Assembly: GCA_001822835.1 (NCBI GenBank)
Contig: MHSS01000013.1
Span: forward strand, 10,321 to 74,320
Direction: 5' to 3'
From: Candidatus Terrybacteria bacterium RIFCSPHIGHO2_01_FULL_48_17
GTDB taxonomy: Bacteria > Patescibacteriota > Minisyncoccia > Terrybacterales > 2-01-FULL-58-14
Length of the DNA: 64,000 nucleotides
Shown: positions 19,297 through 29,407 of the stretch, piece by piece
Layout of the letters: the number at the start of each line of letters is the position of its first letter
Numbering within the stretch: position 1 is the stretch's first letter
The notes under the pieces: model-generated
Databases searched by the model: none
The model's input: the letters and a program-made list of their open reading frames with translations, nothing else
Told to the model about the DNA's origin: nothing
Program-made: the position numbers and the translations under genes

Positions 19297-19464
19297 ATGG
19301 TGCAATTGCTGCTAAAGTTTTTGCCCAATATCCAAGGTCGAATGGCGTGCCCTATGTGCAATGGCCGTGGGGCTCATGTCATTGGCGGTTTGCTTATTTC
19401 AGAGTGTATGCTTTGCAGGGGGTTGCGTTTTGTTGACGTAAATCCCTCTGCGGAAACCACATAA
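19297..19464 (+). CDS. Small zinc-ribbon protein (CPMC...CMLC)
   Basis: 55 aa from an ATG preceded by GGAAGG. Two CxxC knuckles 15 residues apart. Followed by a terminator. Confidence 0.35.
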   Translation: MVQLLLKFLPNIQGRMACPMCNGRGAHVIGGLLISECMLCRGLRFVDVNPSAETT

Positions 19465-19470
19465 TAAAAT

Positions 19471-19497
19471 CCTCGCCTCAGCGCGAGGCGTTTGTTA
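19471..19497 (+). terminator. Rho-independent terminator
   Basis: CCTCGCctcaGCGCGAGG then cgtttgtt. Confidence 0.5.
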
Positions 19498-19560
19498 TAG
19501 TTGAAGAGAGAAACAATATTGGTATGGTGTCATTATAGCACGGGTTTCTTTTTTGCACAA

Positions 19561-19644
19561 GCCCGGGTGGCGGAATTGGCAGACGCGCTAGCTTCAGGAG
19601 CTAGTGGGAGCAATCTCGTGGGAGTTCGAATCTCCCCCCGGGCA
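19561..19644 (+). tRNA. tRNA-Leu (anticodon CAG), class II with long variable arm
   Basis: GCCCGGG acceptor / CCCGGGC, D-arm GCGGAATTGGCAGACGC, anticodon stem-loop CTAGC-TTCAGGA-GCTAG, T-arm GGAGTTCGAATCTCC. CCA is not encoded. Confidence 0.9.
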
Positions 19645-19774
19645 TATCACTCGTTACCGTCGTGGGTTTTCGCGCCTCCATCTATTTTTTCTTTATTGAT
19701 CCCACTGCCAACCCGATGAAAACCCGCGACGGTAACTCGCTTACGGGAGGAAATATATGCCCATAGGTATTAAA

Positions 19775-20818
19775 CTAATGGGCAAGTTTTTTCTTGAGGT
19801 CTTCGATAATATTGACGGCAATAGCATCAAGCATAAGGCGTTCCGCAAGAGCGGAAGAGAAGGCGAGCCCCAGCACATACATGTAAAATATACGAACAAG
19901 CTCTGTTTCCCCTTTTGCTTTTATCACGCGAAAAGGGATATGAGCTCTTTTTATAAATGTCGTCGTAATACGCATTCGCTTTTTAATACGTGTATGTTCC
20001 CGTGGGTCTTGCAGAATAAAAGCCGTAAGGATGTCGTGGTAAGCGCGCTGCCTGTTTGAAAGGTTATCATATATATTTACCTCGTTGTGATTGAGTTCCG
20101 GAAACGCATGCATAAACGCCGGAATTTTTGCGTTTTCATTAATATTTGTTTTCCAGGAATATGCAACGGCTTCCATTCGTGAAGATCCAAGAATCATGGG
20201 AATGCGTCCATCAACCAGGCGGGCAAGCTTTTTCCCTTCTACAATCAGGGTTTCTATATTAAGTTGCCTTTCCAGCGCGGCAATCTGTCGTGGGAGAGAT
20301 GTAGGCGCAAGGCCAAGTTTCGTAAGTACCATCGCAAACGCTCCAAATTGTACTCCGGTTGCAAATCGCGGGGGGATGCCGGTCGGTATTTGCGCAAGAG
20401 GCACGCCATCTCGCCTGGCGCGTTCCGCGAGCTTTCCTCCCGATGCTATGGCTACAATGTGTAATTGTCTTTTTCGTGCTTCATCATACGCAGAAAGCGC
20501 CTCTTCGGTATTTCCTGAATATGAGATCACGAGAACAAGAGAACGTGCCTTTTGGGGGAAATGGGGTAATCCGTAATCGCGATGAATGGCAATCGGCACT
20601 TTAATGCCATAGCCCGTATCACGCAATCCCTCAAAAATTGAAGCAGCCAAGGCAGAGCCCCCCATGCCGCAGACGATAACATGAGTTACCTCATGTGGTA
20701 TTTTTCTCACATTTGACGCCCTTCCTGCGGCAAGGCCTTGGGAAAATTGTGCAGGAAAACCGCGGATAAGCTTCCACGCCTCCTTCGCTGGCTTATTTGT
20801 CTGTATTCGTTTTCTCAT
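19775..20818 (-). CDS. Bifunctional phosphoglucose/phosphomannose isomerase (archaeal-type, SIS domains)
   Basis: Two SIS domains. VIVCGMGGSALAA and LVLVISYSGNTEE motifs. About 345 aa, typical of the PGI/PMI family. Confidence 0.8.
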   Translation of the reverse strand: MRKRIQTNKPAKEAWKLIRGFPAQFSQGLAAGRASNVRKIPHEVTHVIVCGMGGSALAASIFEGLRDTGYGIKVPIAIHRDYGLPHFPQKARSLVLVISYSGNTEEALSAYDEARKRQLHIVAIASGGKLAERARRDGVPLAQIPTGIPPRFATGVQFGAFAMVLTKLGLAPTSLPRQIAALERQLNIETLIVEGKKLARLVDGRIPMILGSSRMEAVAYSWKTNINENAKIPAFMHAFPELNHNEVNIYDNLSNRQRAYHDILTAFILQDPREHTRIKKRMRITTTFIKRAHIPFRVIKAKGETELVRIFYMYVLGLAFSSALAERLMLDAIAVNIIEDLKKKLAH

Positions 20819-20833
20819 TTGTGTTGATTCACA

Positions 20834-22666
20834 TTACTTTGGCACGCGCTTGGTAACCACGTACCACTTTTCTATAGTAGCAAATCGGTGCTGGGATGCG
20901 GGTAAAAATTCAATTGTAACCTCTTTAACCCGGTTATCAACGATATAGTGGAAGCGCTCGCTCCACAAGAAAATAGCCGGAAGATCTTGTGCAATAAGTT
21001 GCTGCACTTTTTGTGCAACACCTTGACGCATATCGGGATCTTGCAGTTTGCGTCCCTCTTGTAAAAGATCATCAACATTGTCGTTATCATAGAGCGCGAG
21101 ATTTCTTCCCGGGTCGAATTTTTGGGAGGAATGAAATAGCGTAAAAAGATCCGGATCCGGAAAAATATCCACACCAACAAGTAATGCCGTGTAGCTTCGC
21201 TGCTCGATCGTATCTCGAAGCTCTGCCGCGGGTAACACCTGAATGTCCACCCCAACGCCAACAGCCCGCCATTGCTCCGCAATCGTTTGTGCTACATTTT
21301 CAAGCTCGCCCTCCGTGGTAGTTATGGTAACGCGAAGCTCAATCACATTTGGTTCTTCCCCTTTGCGACGCATACGCGGCGTTTCTCCCTCGGTATTGTC
21401 GCTGGTATTTTCCTCGGGGAAGGCCCACCCATCTGCCTCTAAGATATTGCGGCTATGTTCCGGCGCGTAATCATATACGGGAAGTTCGTTTGTAAAACCC
21501 TTCACTTTTTTGGGTAAAGGGCCATTAAGAACTTCACCCGCTTCTTGTCCTCCCAGCGTCTCTAGAATCTTATTTTTGTCTGTGGCATAGGCCAGAGCTT
21601 TTCGGACTACGGAATCAGCCAGAGCTTTAGACAGGGTTTGGTTAAAATAGACCGCAAATATGCGTGGCATTGGAGGGCGCATGACATGAGTTCCTGGTGT
21701 GAGGGTTATATCATTAAGCATGCTTTCAGAAATCCCCGACACCGCATCTAATTCTTGCCGGGTAAATGCGGAAAGCGCATCTTGGGGTGTCTCGAAGAGT
21801 CGCAGTATTACCGAGTCGATATATGGTTGTCGACGCGAGGACTCGTTGCGTTCGAGGGTAAATGATATAAATACCCCCTCGCGTGTACGTTCAAATTTTG
21901 CAAGTCGATACGGTCCAAGCCCAACCGGTTTAAGATTAAGCTCTGAAAGCGAAATATTTTCCGGCTCAACGTCTTGCCAAAGGTGTTTGGGCAGGATTCC
22001 AAGGGTCGTCGCATGCAGCAAAGGCGCGAATGGTGCGGGAAGCGTAAACCGAACCGTACGCTCATCCATCGCTTCTGCTTCTACCCCGAGCCATTGAGTA
22101 AAGAAAGGGGAGCGCACAGCAGGATTTTGTACAAGCTGAACAGTAAAAATGACGTCTTCTGCCGTTACTTTTTCTCCGTCAGGCCATTTAAGATCGTTTT
22201 TGAGAGTAAATTCGATAACCTTCCCAAACTCGCCTAAAGCATATTGTTCTGCAATATCTGGTTCGAGTTCCCCCTCGGCGTTATAACGCATAAGCCCGGC
22301 ATAGGTGAGTACAACCAAGTCGCGATCAGCCGTGGTCGCGGGAATTACAGGGTTGATAAAGAGCACTTGGCCGGAAACTCCCTCGGTAAAAGTACCGCCG
22401 CGCGCGGAAACCGTTACGGTTTCACGCACGTATAATACCGATCCGATGAGTATCAGTCCTGCCAGAGTCAGGGCAATGCCTGTGCTCAATGCTACGCGTT
22501 CGCGAAACGTGAGGGATCGCGGAAATGCAAAAAGCTGCCGCAAGGCAGGCAGTTTCCGTGTTGATTGTTTCCAGCCAGGAAAGTTGAGTGCTTGAGAAAG
22601 AAAAAGAGCGGTACGCCTCTTAAGCGAGAACGCCGCCTTTTTAAGGGCTTGAAATACGGGGGGCAT
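20834..22666 (-). CDS. ABC transporter substrate-binding protein, family 5 (peptide/nickel type), membrane anchored
   Basis: About 600 aa, N-terminal TM anchor, conserved family-5 segments (VLTYAGLMRYNAEGELEPDIAEQY, DGEKVTAEDVIFT). Start moved to the internal ATG at 22666 to avoid secG. Confidence 0.75.
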   Translation of the reverse strand: MPPVFQALKKAAFSLKRRTALFLSQALNFPGWKQSTRKLPALRQLFAFPRSLTFRERVALSTGIALTLAGLILIGSVLYVRETVTVSARGGTFTEGVSGQVLFINPVIPATTADRDLVVLTYAGLMRYNAEGELEPDIAEQYALGEFGKVIEFTLKNDLKWPDGEKVTAEDVIFTVQLVQNPAVRSPFFTQWLGVEAEAMDERTVRFTLPAPFAPLLHATTLGILPKHLWQDVEPENISLSELNLKPVGLGPYRLAKFERTREGVFISFTLERNESSRRQPYIDSVILRLFETPQDALSAFTRQELDAVSGISESMLNDITLTPGTHVMRPPMPRIFAVYFNQTLSKALADSVVRKALAYATDKNKILETLGGQEAGEVLNGPLPKKVKGFTNELPVYDYAPEHSRNILEADGWAFPEENTSDNTEGETPRMRRKGEEPNVIELRVTITTTEGELENVAQTIAEQWRAVGVGVDIQVLPAAELRDTIEQRSYTALLVGVDIFPDPDLFTLFHSSQKFDPGRNLALYDNDNVDDLLQEGRKLQDPDMRQGVAQKVQQLIAQDLPAIFLWSERFHYIVDNRVKEVTIEFLPASQHRFATIEKWYVVTKRVPK

Positions 22667-22682
22667 GGAAAAAAGCCGCACT

Positions 22683-22904
22683 TTAAGAGAACAAGAGATT
22701 TGCAACGGCAATTGCTAAAAATCCGATTGCGAGTGCGATTGTTGCGCGAAAGAGGAGCTTTTCAACCCCGCGACGAGAAGCAAATACATTTCCTTCGCCG
22801 CCAAAGGCAGACCCAAGACCGGTTCCGCGTTGTTGCAACAAGATCGTACTGATAAGCAAAACCGCGAAGACGATTTGTAGGATATTCAGAATTAAATTCA
22901 GCAT
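22683..22904 (-). CDS. secG: Preprotein translocase subunit SecG
   Basis: 73 aa, two TM helices, central LLQQRGTGLGSAFGGEG and RRGVEKLLFRAT, diagnostic of SecG. Confidence 0.8.
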   Translation of the reverse strand: MLNLILNILQIVFAVLLISTILLQQRGTGLGSAFGGEGNVFASRRGVEKLLFRATIALAIGFLAIAVANLLFS

Positions 22905-22910
22905 ATCTAG

Positions 22911-23288
22911 TTATATAAGGAAGTGTACCACTCCTAACATAAGCGAGGTAAGCACAAGCGGTAGGATACCATTGATGGTAAGCTGCGGCAAGAGAAGGTC
23001 CAAAAACCAAAGCATCCCAAGGTTTATCACGATGCCAAAAAGGCCTGCGGTAAGGATCAATAAGGGAAATGACAACAGTTTTACCAGTGGCTTCATCAGC
23101 GCGTTGATAACGCCAAGAACGAGTCCGGCAATCACAAGCTCATATCCCTCGCCGGTCCATTCAATAGAGTTGGGGAAGTATTGGGGTAGGAGCCATACGG
23201 CAAGCCATAGACCCAATGTGTTTTCGAGTATGGTTATAGCAAAAACCATGGGTGTTTTTATGGTAGCATTTTTGGATGGCGGCAACAC
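22911..23288 (-). CDS. DUF360-like four-TM membrane protein (phage holin IV-like superfamily)
   Basis: Small polytopic protein with a PLVKLLSFPLLILTAGLFGIVINLGMLWFL hydrophobic pattern. Confidence 0.5.
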   Translation of the reverse strand: MLPPSKNATIKTPMVFAITILENTLGLWLAVWLLPQYFPNSIEWTGEGYELVIAGLVLGVINALMKPLVKLLSFPLLILTAGLFGIVINLGMLWFLDLLLPQLTINGILPLVLTSLMLGVVHFLI

Positions 23289-23350
23289 CCTTGACAGAAG
23301 CGTCTTACAATGCTAACCTCTTATTAGCTGTTTTACAGAAGGGAGAAGAG

Positions 23351-23596
23351 ATGGAATCTCAAGCCGAATTCCTGCAGTTTGTGTTGGCGTCGCTGGGGGC
23401 AGGGTTTGCTTCCATTGTTGCTTTTGTTTGTGGGATAGTATCCGCTGTTCAAATGGTGCGCGCGACCGATGAATGGGATCGTAACAGGGATGCATGGCCC
23501 GATGCGCGTTGGTCGATTTTGTTCTTTGTGATTGCTTGTTTGATGGCCAGCGCAGCCGCAACATTAAGCGTTGTTGCGTGGTACCTCCAGAATTAG
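23351..23596 (+). CDS. Hypothetical small membrane protein
   Basis: Two TM helices. Start at ATG 23351 (MESQAEF). Confidence 0.35.
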   Translation: MESQAEFLQFVLASLGAGFASIVAFVCGIVSAVQMVRATDEWDRNRDAWPDARWSILFFVIACLMASAAATLSVVAWYLQN

Positions 23597-23604
23597 CAAA
23601 ATAC

Positions 23605-23634
23605 GCGCCCCAGAGGGCGCGTTCTTATTTTATT
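23605..23634. terminator. Bidirectional Rho-independent terminator
   Basis: aaatacGCGCCCcagaGGGCGCgttcttatttt. Confidence 0.55.
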
Positions 23635-24947
23635 TCACGCAGCTTATGATGATAAGCGCGCGCGAATCTGTGCGCCTCATCGCGTACGTGCATGAGAAGT
23701 AAGCGGAAGGGGTGATTTTGGGGGAGCCCGATGGGTTCTTTTTTGTCCGGCACGTAAATCTCTTCGTGTTTTTTGGCTAGTGCAAGCACGAGCGGTTTTT
23801 TCTGTACTCGGTACCTCAAACCCTGCAACGCCACTAGAGCAGTGTTAAGCTGCGGCTTTCCGCCATCAATGAGGATTATATCGGGCAAAGCCCACTCGGT
23901 ATGCCGTATGCGTCGCATAAGCACTTCCTTTATCATTGCTACATCATTCGCACCAACCACTGTTTTGATCCGAAATTTCCGATATTCGTTTTTGTTAGGC
24001 GTAAGATATTTGTGTAAATTCGTTTTCCCATTTGTATTAATTCGTGTGCCATCAAATACCACCATTGAAGCCGTTGCGGCAGTGCCTTGAATATTTGAAA
24101 TATCATACCCCTCGATTCTCCATGTCGTAGGTTCGTTTTGAGGAAGTATGCTATGCAGTCCGGGGGGCAACCCCCCCAGTAATTTTGTATCTCGTGTTTT
24201 GTATCTTGTATGGTGGGCTTCAAGCACCGTTTTGTGCTCGAATATTCTCGCGAGGCCGTAAATTTCATCTCTTATGTTTGCCGCTTTCTCAAAATCTTCT
24301 TTGTAAGCGGTCTCTCCCATTTCTTTTTCCAGTTTTTTCAAAAGATCTGTTTTTTGGCCTCGAAGCACCGCTTGAATGTTTTCTATATTTCGTCGATATC
24401 TTTTCTTAAGCGTTGATAACTGATCCTTGTTTTCTGGCAACTTATAGGGAATAGGACAGAGACCAAGATCGTACCATAAACAATGTTTCGGTATGCCTTT
24501 GTGGGCAGCATAGGGAAAGATCCGGCGAAGCAGGCGGAGCGTTTTTTTAAGCGCCGCGGCATCGGTGAACGGCCCGATTATCGTTTCAAGCCCCTCTGTA
24601 TTTCGGCGGACATATACAACCCGCGGGAATTCTTCTTTGGTAAAACCAACAGAAAGGTATGTTTTATCGTCGCGCAAGAGCACGTTGTATGGCGGGCGAT
24701 TTTTTTTGATAAGTTTCGCTTCCAAAATCAATGCCTCAATTTCGGATTCTGTACCTTGTACCCTAAACCCCGCTATCTTGTTGACCATTGCCCGCTTAAC
24801 CGGTTCAAGCTCCGCATTTTTTCTAAAATACGATTGCAGTCGGCTTCTCAAATTTGTTGCTTTTCCGATATATAAAATCTTTCCCTTGCGGTCGAGGAAA
24901 AAATATACTCCCGGGGTTTGCGGTGCTTTAGAAACGTTGACTGCCAT
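23625..24947 (-). CDS. uvrC: Excinuclease ABC subunit C, short form (GIY-YIG + UvrBC + RNase H-like; no C-terminal HhH2 domain)
   Basis: PGVYFFLDRKGKILYIGKATNLRSR (GIY-YIG). C-terminus IRDEAHRFARAYHHKLR (RNase H-like endonuclease domain). The ORF ends at 440 aa without helix-hairpin-helix repeats. Confidence 0.85.
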   Translation of the reverse strand: MAVNVSKAPQTPGVYFFLDRKGKILYIGKATNLRSRLQSYFRKNAELEPVKRAMVNKIAGFRVQGTESEIEALILEAKLIKKNRPPYNVLLRDDKTYLSVGFTKEEFPRVVYVRRNTEGLETIIGPFTDAAALKKTLRLLRRIFPYAAHKGIPKHCLWYDLGLCPIPYKLPENKDQLSTLKKRYRRNIENIQAVLRGQKTDLLKKLEKEMGETAYKEDFEKAANIRDEIYGLARIFEHKTVLEAHHTRYKTRDTKLLGGLPPGLHSILPQNEPTTWRIEGYDISNIQGTAATASMVVFDGTRINTNGKTNLHKYLTPNKNEYRKFRIKTVVGANDVAMIKEVLMRRIRHTEWALPDIILIDGGKPQLNTALVALQGLRYRVQKKPLVLALAKKHEEIYVPDKKEPIGLPQNHPFRLLLMHVRDEAHRFARAYHHKLREIK

Positions 24948-25004
24948 AATACTCTATGGTATAGGTAAGGCGTGTTTTTTTACAAGCGAAAGGGAGGGTA
25001 ATCT

Positions 25005-25454
25005 ATGGACGTACGCGAGATTCCGAGAATGCTTTTTAAAGAGTTTGCTTGTGGCATTCATGAAAAACCGCACCCGCGCCTATCACAGCATGCAGCATTG
25101 GTAGGCGCGATTTCGGGATTGGAACATGGGGTAATTGCGCTTGAGGAATCTGTTTTTGGAAACATTACGGTTTCGCTTTATGCTTTCGAGGAAGATGTGC
25201 ACGAATGGCATCGCCGCATTTTTGAGATTCGTGCAGGCACGTCTGATGCTGGTCACTGGGCATATGGAAGCGGAAATCTTATGGAGGAGAATATCTGGTT
25301 CTCGGTTAAGAATGAGCATCCTCTTGGGAGTGCGACTGCGCTTATGGCAAAGATGCTCACACGAGCATCCGAGCTTGCGCTTTCGGTGGCAATAGAAAAA
25401 ACAGGATTCTGGGAATGTGATCGTAACCCTGAAGGTGATTATTCAAAACCTTGA
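25005..25454 (+). CDS. Hypothetical protein
   Basis: 149-aa ORF, no recognised motif. Confidence 0.4.
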   Translation: MDVREIPRMLFKEFACGIHEKPHPRLSQHAALVGAISGLEHGVIALEESVFGNITVSLYAFEEDVHEWHRRIFEIRAGTSDAGHWAYGSGNLMEENIWFSVKNEHPLGSATALMAKMLTRASELALSVAIEKTGFWECDRNPEGDYSKP

Positions 25455-25472
25455 TAGTAAGAAGGAGGTCTA

Positions 25473-25706
25473 GTGGTGATAACAGCGATCGTTACAGCAA
25501 TTATCGCGTTCGTGCTTTTGATCTGGGTCGCTTCTGGGATGAATTATCACTATTTAATAGTTCTACTGAAGGCCGATTTACGCGGAATGCCATTGTGGTT
25601 TGCGCTGTTGTTGTTCGTGCCCGCGGTCTTACTCGGGCCTTTTGCGGGGCGGGTGATTGAACCGCTTCTAGATCGCCATTACCCCTACCCGGAAGATGAG
25701 CAGTGA
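25473..25706 (+). CDS. Hypothetical small membrane protein
   Basis: 77 aa, two TM helices, followed by a terminator at 25738. Confidence 0.4.
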   Translation: MVITAIVTAIIAFVLLIWVASGMNYHYLIVLLKADLRGMPLWFALLLFVPAVLLGPFAGRVIEPLLDRHYPYPEDEQ

Positions 25707-25737
25707 GAGAAGACCGAAACCGAATAACGGGTAACAC

Positions 25738-25763
25738 GAGCCCTCACTGGGCTCTTTTTGTTT
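25738..25763 (+). terminator. Rho-independent terminator
   Basis: GAGCCCtcactGGGCTC tttttgttt. Confidence 0.5.
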
Positions 25764-25777
25764 GTGCACCATCAGGG

Positions 25778-25806
25778 TTGCGCAGGGCTTGACACGGCCG
25801 TATAAT
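25778..25806 (+). promoter_or_regulatory. Sigma-70-type promoter upstream of uvrA (TTGCGC-17-TATAAT)
   Basis: -35 TTGCGC (25778-25783), 17-nt spacer, -10 TATAAT (25801-25806). Confidence 0.4.
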
Positions 25807-25944
25807 AAGTAACTATGCCCCGTTAGAGGATTGCGGGGCGATGATGGATGGTGTCGTAAAACCATTATCTATATCTTGAAAGACGTCGTAAAAGTCCGAG
25901 GACCTTTACGACCATTCGCGATAGCGGTAATTCTCTAACAGGGT

Positions 25945-28821
25945 ATGCCCGAACCAGACGTAATTCGTATCAAAGGTGCCCGCGTCCATAATCTCAAAAA
26001 CGTGGATGTGGACATTCCGCGCAATAAGCTCGTGGTGATCACGGGCATTTCTGGTTCGGGAAAGTCGTCGTTGGCGTTTGATACATTGTATGCGGACGGC
26101 CAGCGCAGATACGTTGAATCGTTGTCTGCCTACGCGCGCCAATTTTTGGGCGCCATGGAAAAGCCGGACGTGGACACCATTGAAGGGATTTCACCCGCAA
26201 TCGCCATTGACCAAAAAAGCGTGTTGCGCAATCCGCGCTCCACGGTAGGCACCATTACCGAAATTTACGATTACTTGCGGCTTTTGTTTGCACGCGTAGG
26301 AACGCCGCATTGTCCTGAATGCGGACGCGGGGTATCTGCACAAACGCCAACGCAGATCGTGCGACAAATCTTGGCTTTGCCCAAAAAAACAGAAATTTCT
26401 CTTTTGGCTCCTATCGTCCGTGAACGGAAAGGAGAGTATCGCTCACTTCTTGAAGAGATTGGCCGTGCTGGGTTCCGCCGTCTGCGCCTTGATAGCGAGA
26501 CCTTGCCGCTGGAAGAAGCACTAGAAAGGAAGCTTGAGCGCTACAAAGCCCACTCTATTGAAGTTGTGATTGATCGTCTAACGGTCGGGGGTTCAAAAGA
26601 TGACAAACTGCGCATTTCCTCATCAGTAGAGACGGCCCTGAAAATGGGTAAAGGAATACTCATTGTTAATAAATCCAAAGCTCAAAGCACAAAATCTAAA
26701 AACGATACCGAGGATTTATTGTTTTCGGAGGCGTTAGCGTGTGAACACTGCGGGATTAATCTTCCGCCCATTGAGCCGCGCACTTTCTCATTTAATTCTC
26801 CGCATGGCGCATGCCCCGTATGTACCGGCATCGGCTATAAATTGGAGGTTGACTCAAAATTGGTTATACCAAACCCGCGTCTCTCAATTGCCGAGGGCGC
26901 GATTAAAGCGTGGATGTCTGCATCACATCGGGTAGGAAGGCAATCGTGGTACTGGTGGATGCTCGAGGAGCTTGCCCAAAAACTTGGATTTGATGTAAAT
27001 ACGCCATGGGAGAAGCTTTCCGCCAAAGTGCAAAAAGTGGTGCTCTATGGAGAAGAACAGGATACGGGGGAAAGGATACAGGGGACAGATGGCACCGACG
27101 GGAGATTCGAAGGGGTGATCCCAAACTTAATGCGGAGATGGAAGGAAACGGATTCTGATTGGACGCGCGGCGAGATTGAAAAATATATGCGCATTCGGAT
27201 ATGCGAGGCCTGCCAAGGGAAACGCCTTCGGCCTGAAGCGCTTGCCGTTAAAATCCACGGCCATACTATTGATGAAGTAACAGCGCTGAGCATTGAAGCT
27301 CTCGATGCTTTTTTCCGTACGTTTCTTTTCGGAAAAGAAAAATTAAGCGCAAACGAAGCAAAAATCGCAAAACCAATCGTAAAAGAGGTATTAAATCGTC
27401 TTAAGTTTTTATTAGAGGTTGGGTTGCCGTATCTTGCGCTTGATCGTTCGTCGACCACATTAGCAGGCGGCGAAGCACAACGGATACGGCTCGCAACGCA
27501 AATTGGCACGCGTCTGACGGGGGTGCTTTATATTTTGGATGAACCCTCCATCGGGCTTCATGCGCGCGACCAGGAGCGACTCATCGAAACGCTGAAGGAA
27601 TTACGCGACTTGGGCAATACGGTTGTAGTGGTTGAGCACGACCCACAGACGATCAGGGCGGCAGATTGGGTTATTGATGTCGGTCCCGGAGCAGGGAAGC
27701 ATGGCGGCCGGATTACGTTTTCCGGAACACCAAAAGAGCTTTTTCGATCAAAAACGTTAACCGGTGAGTATCTTTCGGGAAAGAGAAAAATCGCTGTTCT
27801 TCCAACAGGAAAACAGAAAGAAAAAGGAGAAACGAAGTATTTGGTTGTGAAGGGCGCGCGCGAACACAACCTGAAACATATTGATGTTTCGATTCCGCTT
27901 GGAAAATTTGTGTGTGTTTCTGGCGTTTCCGGATCGGGCAAGTCATCTTTGGTCAACGATATTTTGGGTCGGGCTCTCATAAGATATTTTTGGAAGGCAA
28001 AAGATGAGCCGGGAGCGCACGCCAGTTTGGAGGGTCTTGAATATTTGAATAAAGCAATCATTGTTGACCAATCACCCATAGGTCGCACACCACGTTCAAA
28101 TCCGGCAACATATACGGGTGCATTTACGCCCATTCGCGACCTTTTTGCATCAACGAAAGAAGCGAAGGTGCGTGGTTATGGCGCCGGCCGTTTTTCATTT
28201 AATGTAAAGGGCGGCAGATGCGAAACGTGTCAAGGTGAGGGAATGCAAAAAATCGAGATGCAGTTTTTGCCGGACGTGTGGGTTGAGTGCGAAGAGTGCA
28301 ACGGCACGCGTTATACCAAAGAGGCGCTTGAGATTGAATGGCATGGAAAAAACATCGCCGAAGTTCTGACTATGACGATTGAGGAAGCAGCAGCATTTTT
28401 TTCCTCGATTTCATCAGTATCTACAAAATTGCAGACCCTTACGGACGTAGGGTTAGGTTATATGCAGCTTGGACAGCCAGCCACCACGCTTTCCGGTGGT
28501 GAGGCGCAACGGGTGAAACTTGCGACAGAGCTTGCGCGGAAAGCAACCGGCAAAACGCTCTATATTTTGGACGAACCGACAACGGGCTTGCACTTTTCCG
28601 ATATCGAAAAATTATTGAAACTTTTGCGCGGCCTGGTCGAAAAGGGTAATACTGTTTTGGTGATCGAACACAACCTTGATGTCATCGCTAATGCCGATTG
28701 GGTGATTGATTTAGGGCCCGAAGGGGGAGAGGGTGGAGGGCACATTATTGCCAGCGGGAGGCCTTTGGATCTTATAAAAAATAGCAAAAGCTACACAGGT
28801 CAGTTTTTGAGAAAAAGGTGA
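25945..28821 (+). CDS. uvrA: Excinuclease ABC subunit A
   Basis: Two ABC ATPase modules ([17 protein letters not shown]; [13 protein letters not shown]), zinc-finger Cys clusters (CEHCG...; CETCQGEG...CEECNGTRY), 958 aa. Confidence 0.95.
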   Translation: MPEPDVIRIKGARVHNLKNVDVDIPRNKLVVITGISGSGKSSLAFDTLYADGQRRYVESLSAYARQFLGAMEKPDVDTIEGISPAIAIDQKSVLRNPRSTVGTITEIYDYLRLLFARVGTPHCPECGRGVSAQTPTQIVRQILALPKKTEISLLAPIVRERKGEYRSLLEEIGRAGFRRLRLDSETLPLEEALERKLERYKAHSIEVVIDRLTVGGSKDDKLRISSSVETALKMGKGILIVNKSKAQSTKSKNDTEDLLFSEALACEHCGINLPPIEPRTFSFNSPHGACPVCTGIGYKLEVDSKLVIPNPRLSIAEGAIKAWMSASHRVGRQSWYWWMLEELAQKLGFDVNTPWEKLSAKVQKVVLYGEEQDTGERIQGTDGTDGRFEGVIPNLMRRWKETDSDWTRGEIEKYMRIRICEACQGKRLRPEALAVKIHGHTIDEVTALSIEALDAFFRTFLFGKEKLSANEAKIAKPIVKEVLNRLKFLLEVGLPYLALDRSSTTLAGGEAQRIRLATQIGTRLTGVLYILDEPSIGLHARDQERLIETLKELRDLGNTVVVVEHDPQTIRAADWVIDVGPGAGKHGGRITFSGTPKELFRSKTLTGEYLSGKRKIAVLPTGKQKEKGETKYLVVKGAREHNLKHIDVSIPLGKFVCVSGVSGSGKSSLVNDILGRALIRYFWKAKDEPGAHASLEGLEYLNKAIIVDQSPIGRTPRSNPATYTGAFTPIRDLFASTKEAKVRGYGAGRFSFNVKGGRCETCQGEGMQKIEMQFLPDVWVECEECNGTRYTKEALEIEWHGKNIAEVLTMTIEEAAAFFSSISSVSTKLQTLTDVGLGYMQLGQPATTLSGGEAQRVKLATELARKATGKTLYILDEPTTGLHFSDIEKLLKLLRGLVEKGNTVLVIEHNLDVIANADWVIDLGPEGGEGGGHIIASGRPLDLIKNSKSYTGQFLRKR

Positions 28822-28897
28822 GTATTTTCGATTGCGTTTGTGCTATACTAGAAGGGTCGAGATGGTCAGCAAATAATCGAGGTATCTTTTTATTGTT

Positions 28898-29407
28898 ATG
28901 AATCAAAAAATGCTTTTCATAATACTCGGATTGCTCGTGGTAGTGGCGGTAGGCGGGATTGTATGGTGGGTGGCGCAACCTCAATCTGTTCCTTCAACGC
29001 CTGAAAATCAGCCCGAAGAATCGTCCGAGGAGGTAAGCGACCAGCCGCCGCCGGAATATACCGATGAGCCCGGCATTGTGTTATTTACCGAACACACCAC
29101 CGCAACGGTGAGCCAAGAACTTGAGTTCGCTTGGTTGCTGAATGGTCCCGAAGGAAGCACGTCCATGCACACCGCAATACACTGGGGCGACATATCCCAT
29201 CCGGGATCGTTTGGTTCCGATGTTGCTCCTTCGCAGTCGGGATATCCCAATTTAACGAGCGATTTTGCAAACGGTGAGTTTGCTGTTCCTGAATTATTCA
29301 CCACAAAACTCTCATTTACGAAAGCCGGAACGTATTACTACCGCGTGCATGCTATCGTCGACGGACAAAATTACTGGACCTTTGAATATACGCTTGTAGT
29401 GGAATAA
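28898..29407 (+). CDS. Hypothetical secreted/membrane-anchored protein
   Basis: N-terminal signal-anchor MLFIILGLLVVVAVGGIVWWVA, then a Pro/Glu-rich linker and a beta-rich domain. Confidence 0.5.
   Translation: MNQKMLFIILGLLVVVAVGGIVWWVAQPQSVPSTPENQPEESSEEVSDQPPPEYTDEPGIVLFTEHTTATVSQELEFAWLLNGPEGSTSMHTAIHWGDISHPGSFGSDVAPSQSGYPNLTSDFANGEFAVPELFTTKLSFTKAGTYYYRVHAIVDGQNYWTFEYTLVVE

Noticed and set aside
25880-25912. AAAGTCCGAGG resembled the RNase P RNA P4 motif GGAAAGTCCGGGC
   Set aside because: No other RNase P conserved blocks (AGGGUGAAAnGGUGCGGUAAGAGCGCACC, ACAGAAnCCGGCUUA) within 400 nt. Reinterpreted as part of a palindrome in the uvrA leader.
27558-28133. 191-aa minus-strand ORF inside uvrA
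   Set aside because: Antisense to the uvrA ABC-ATPase domain. No motifs.
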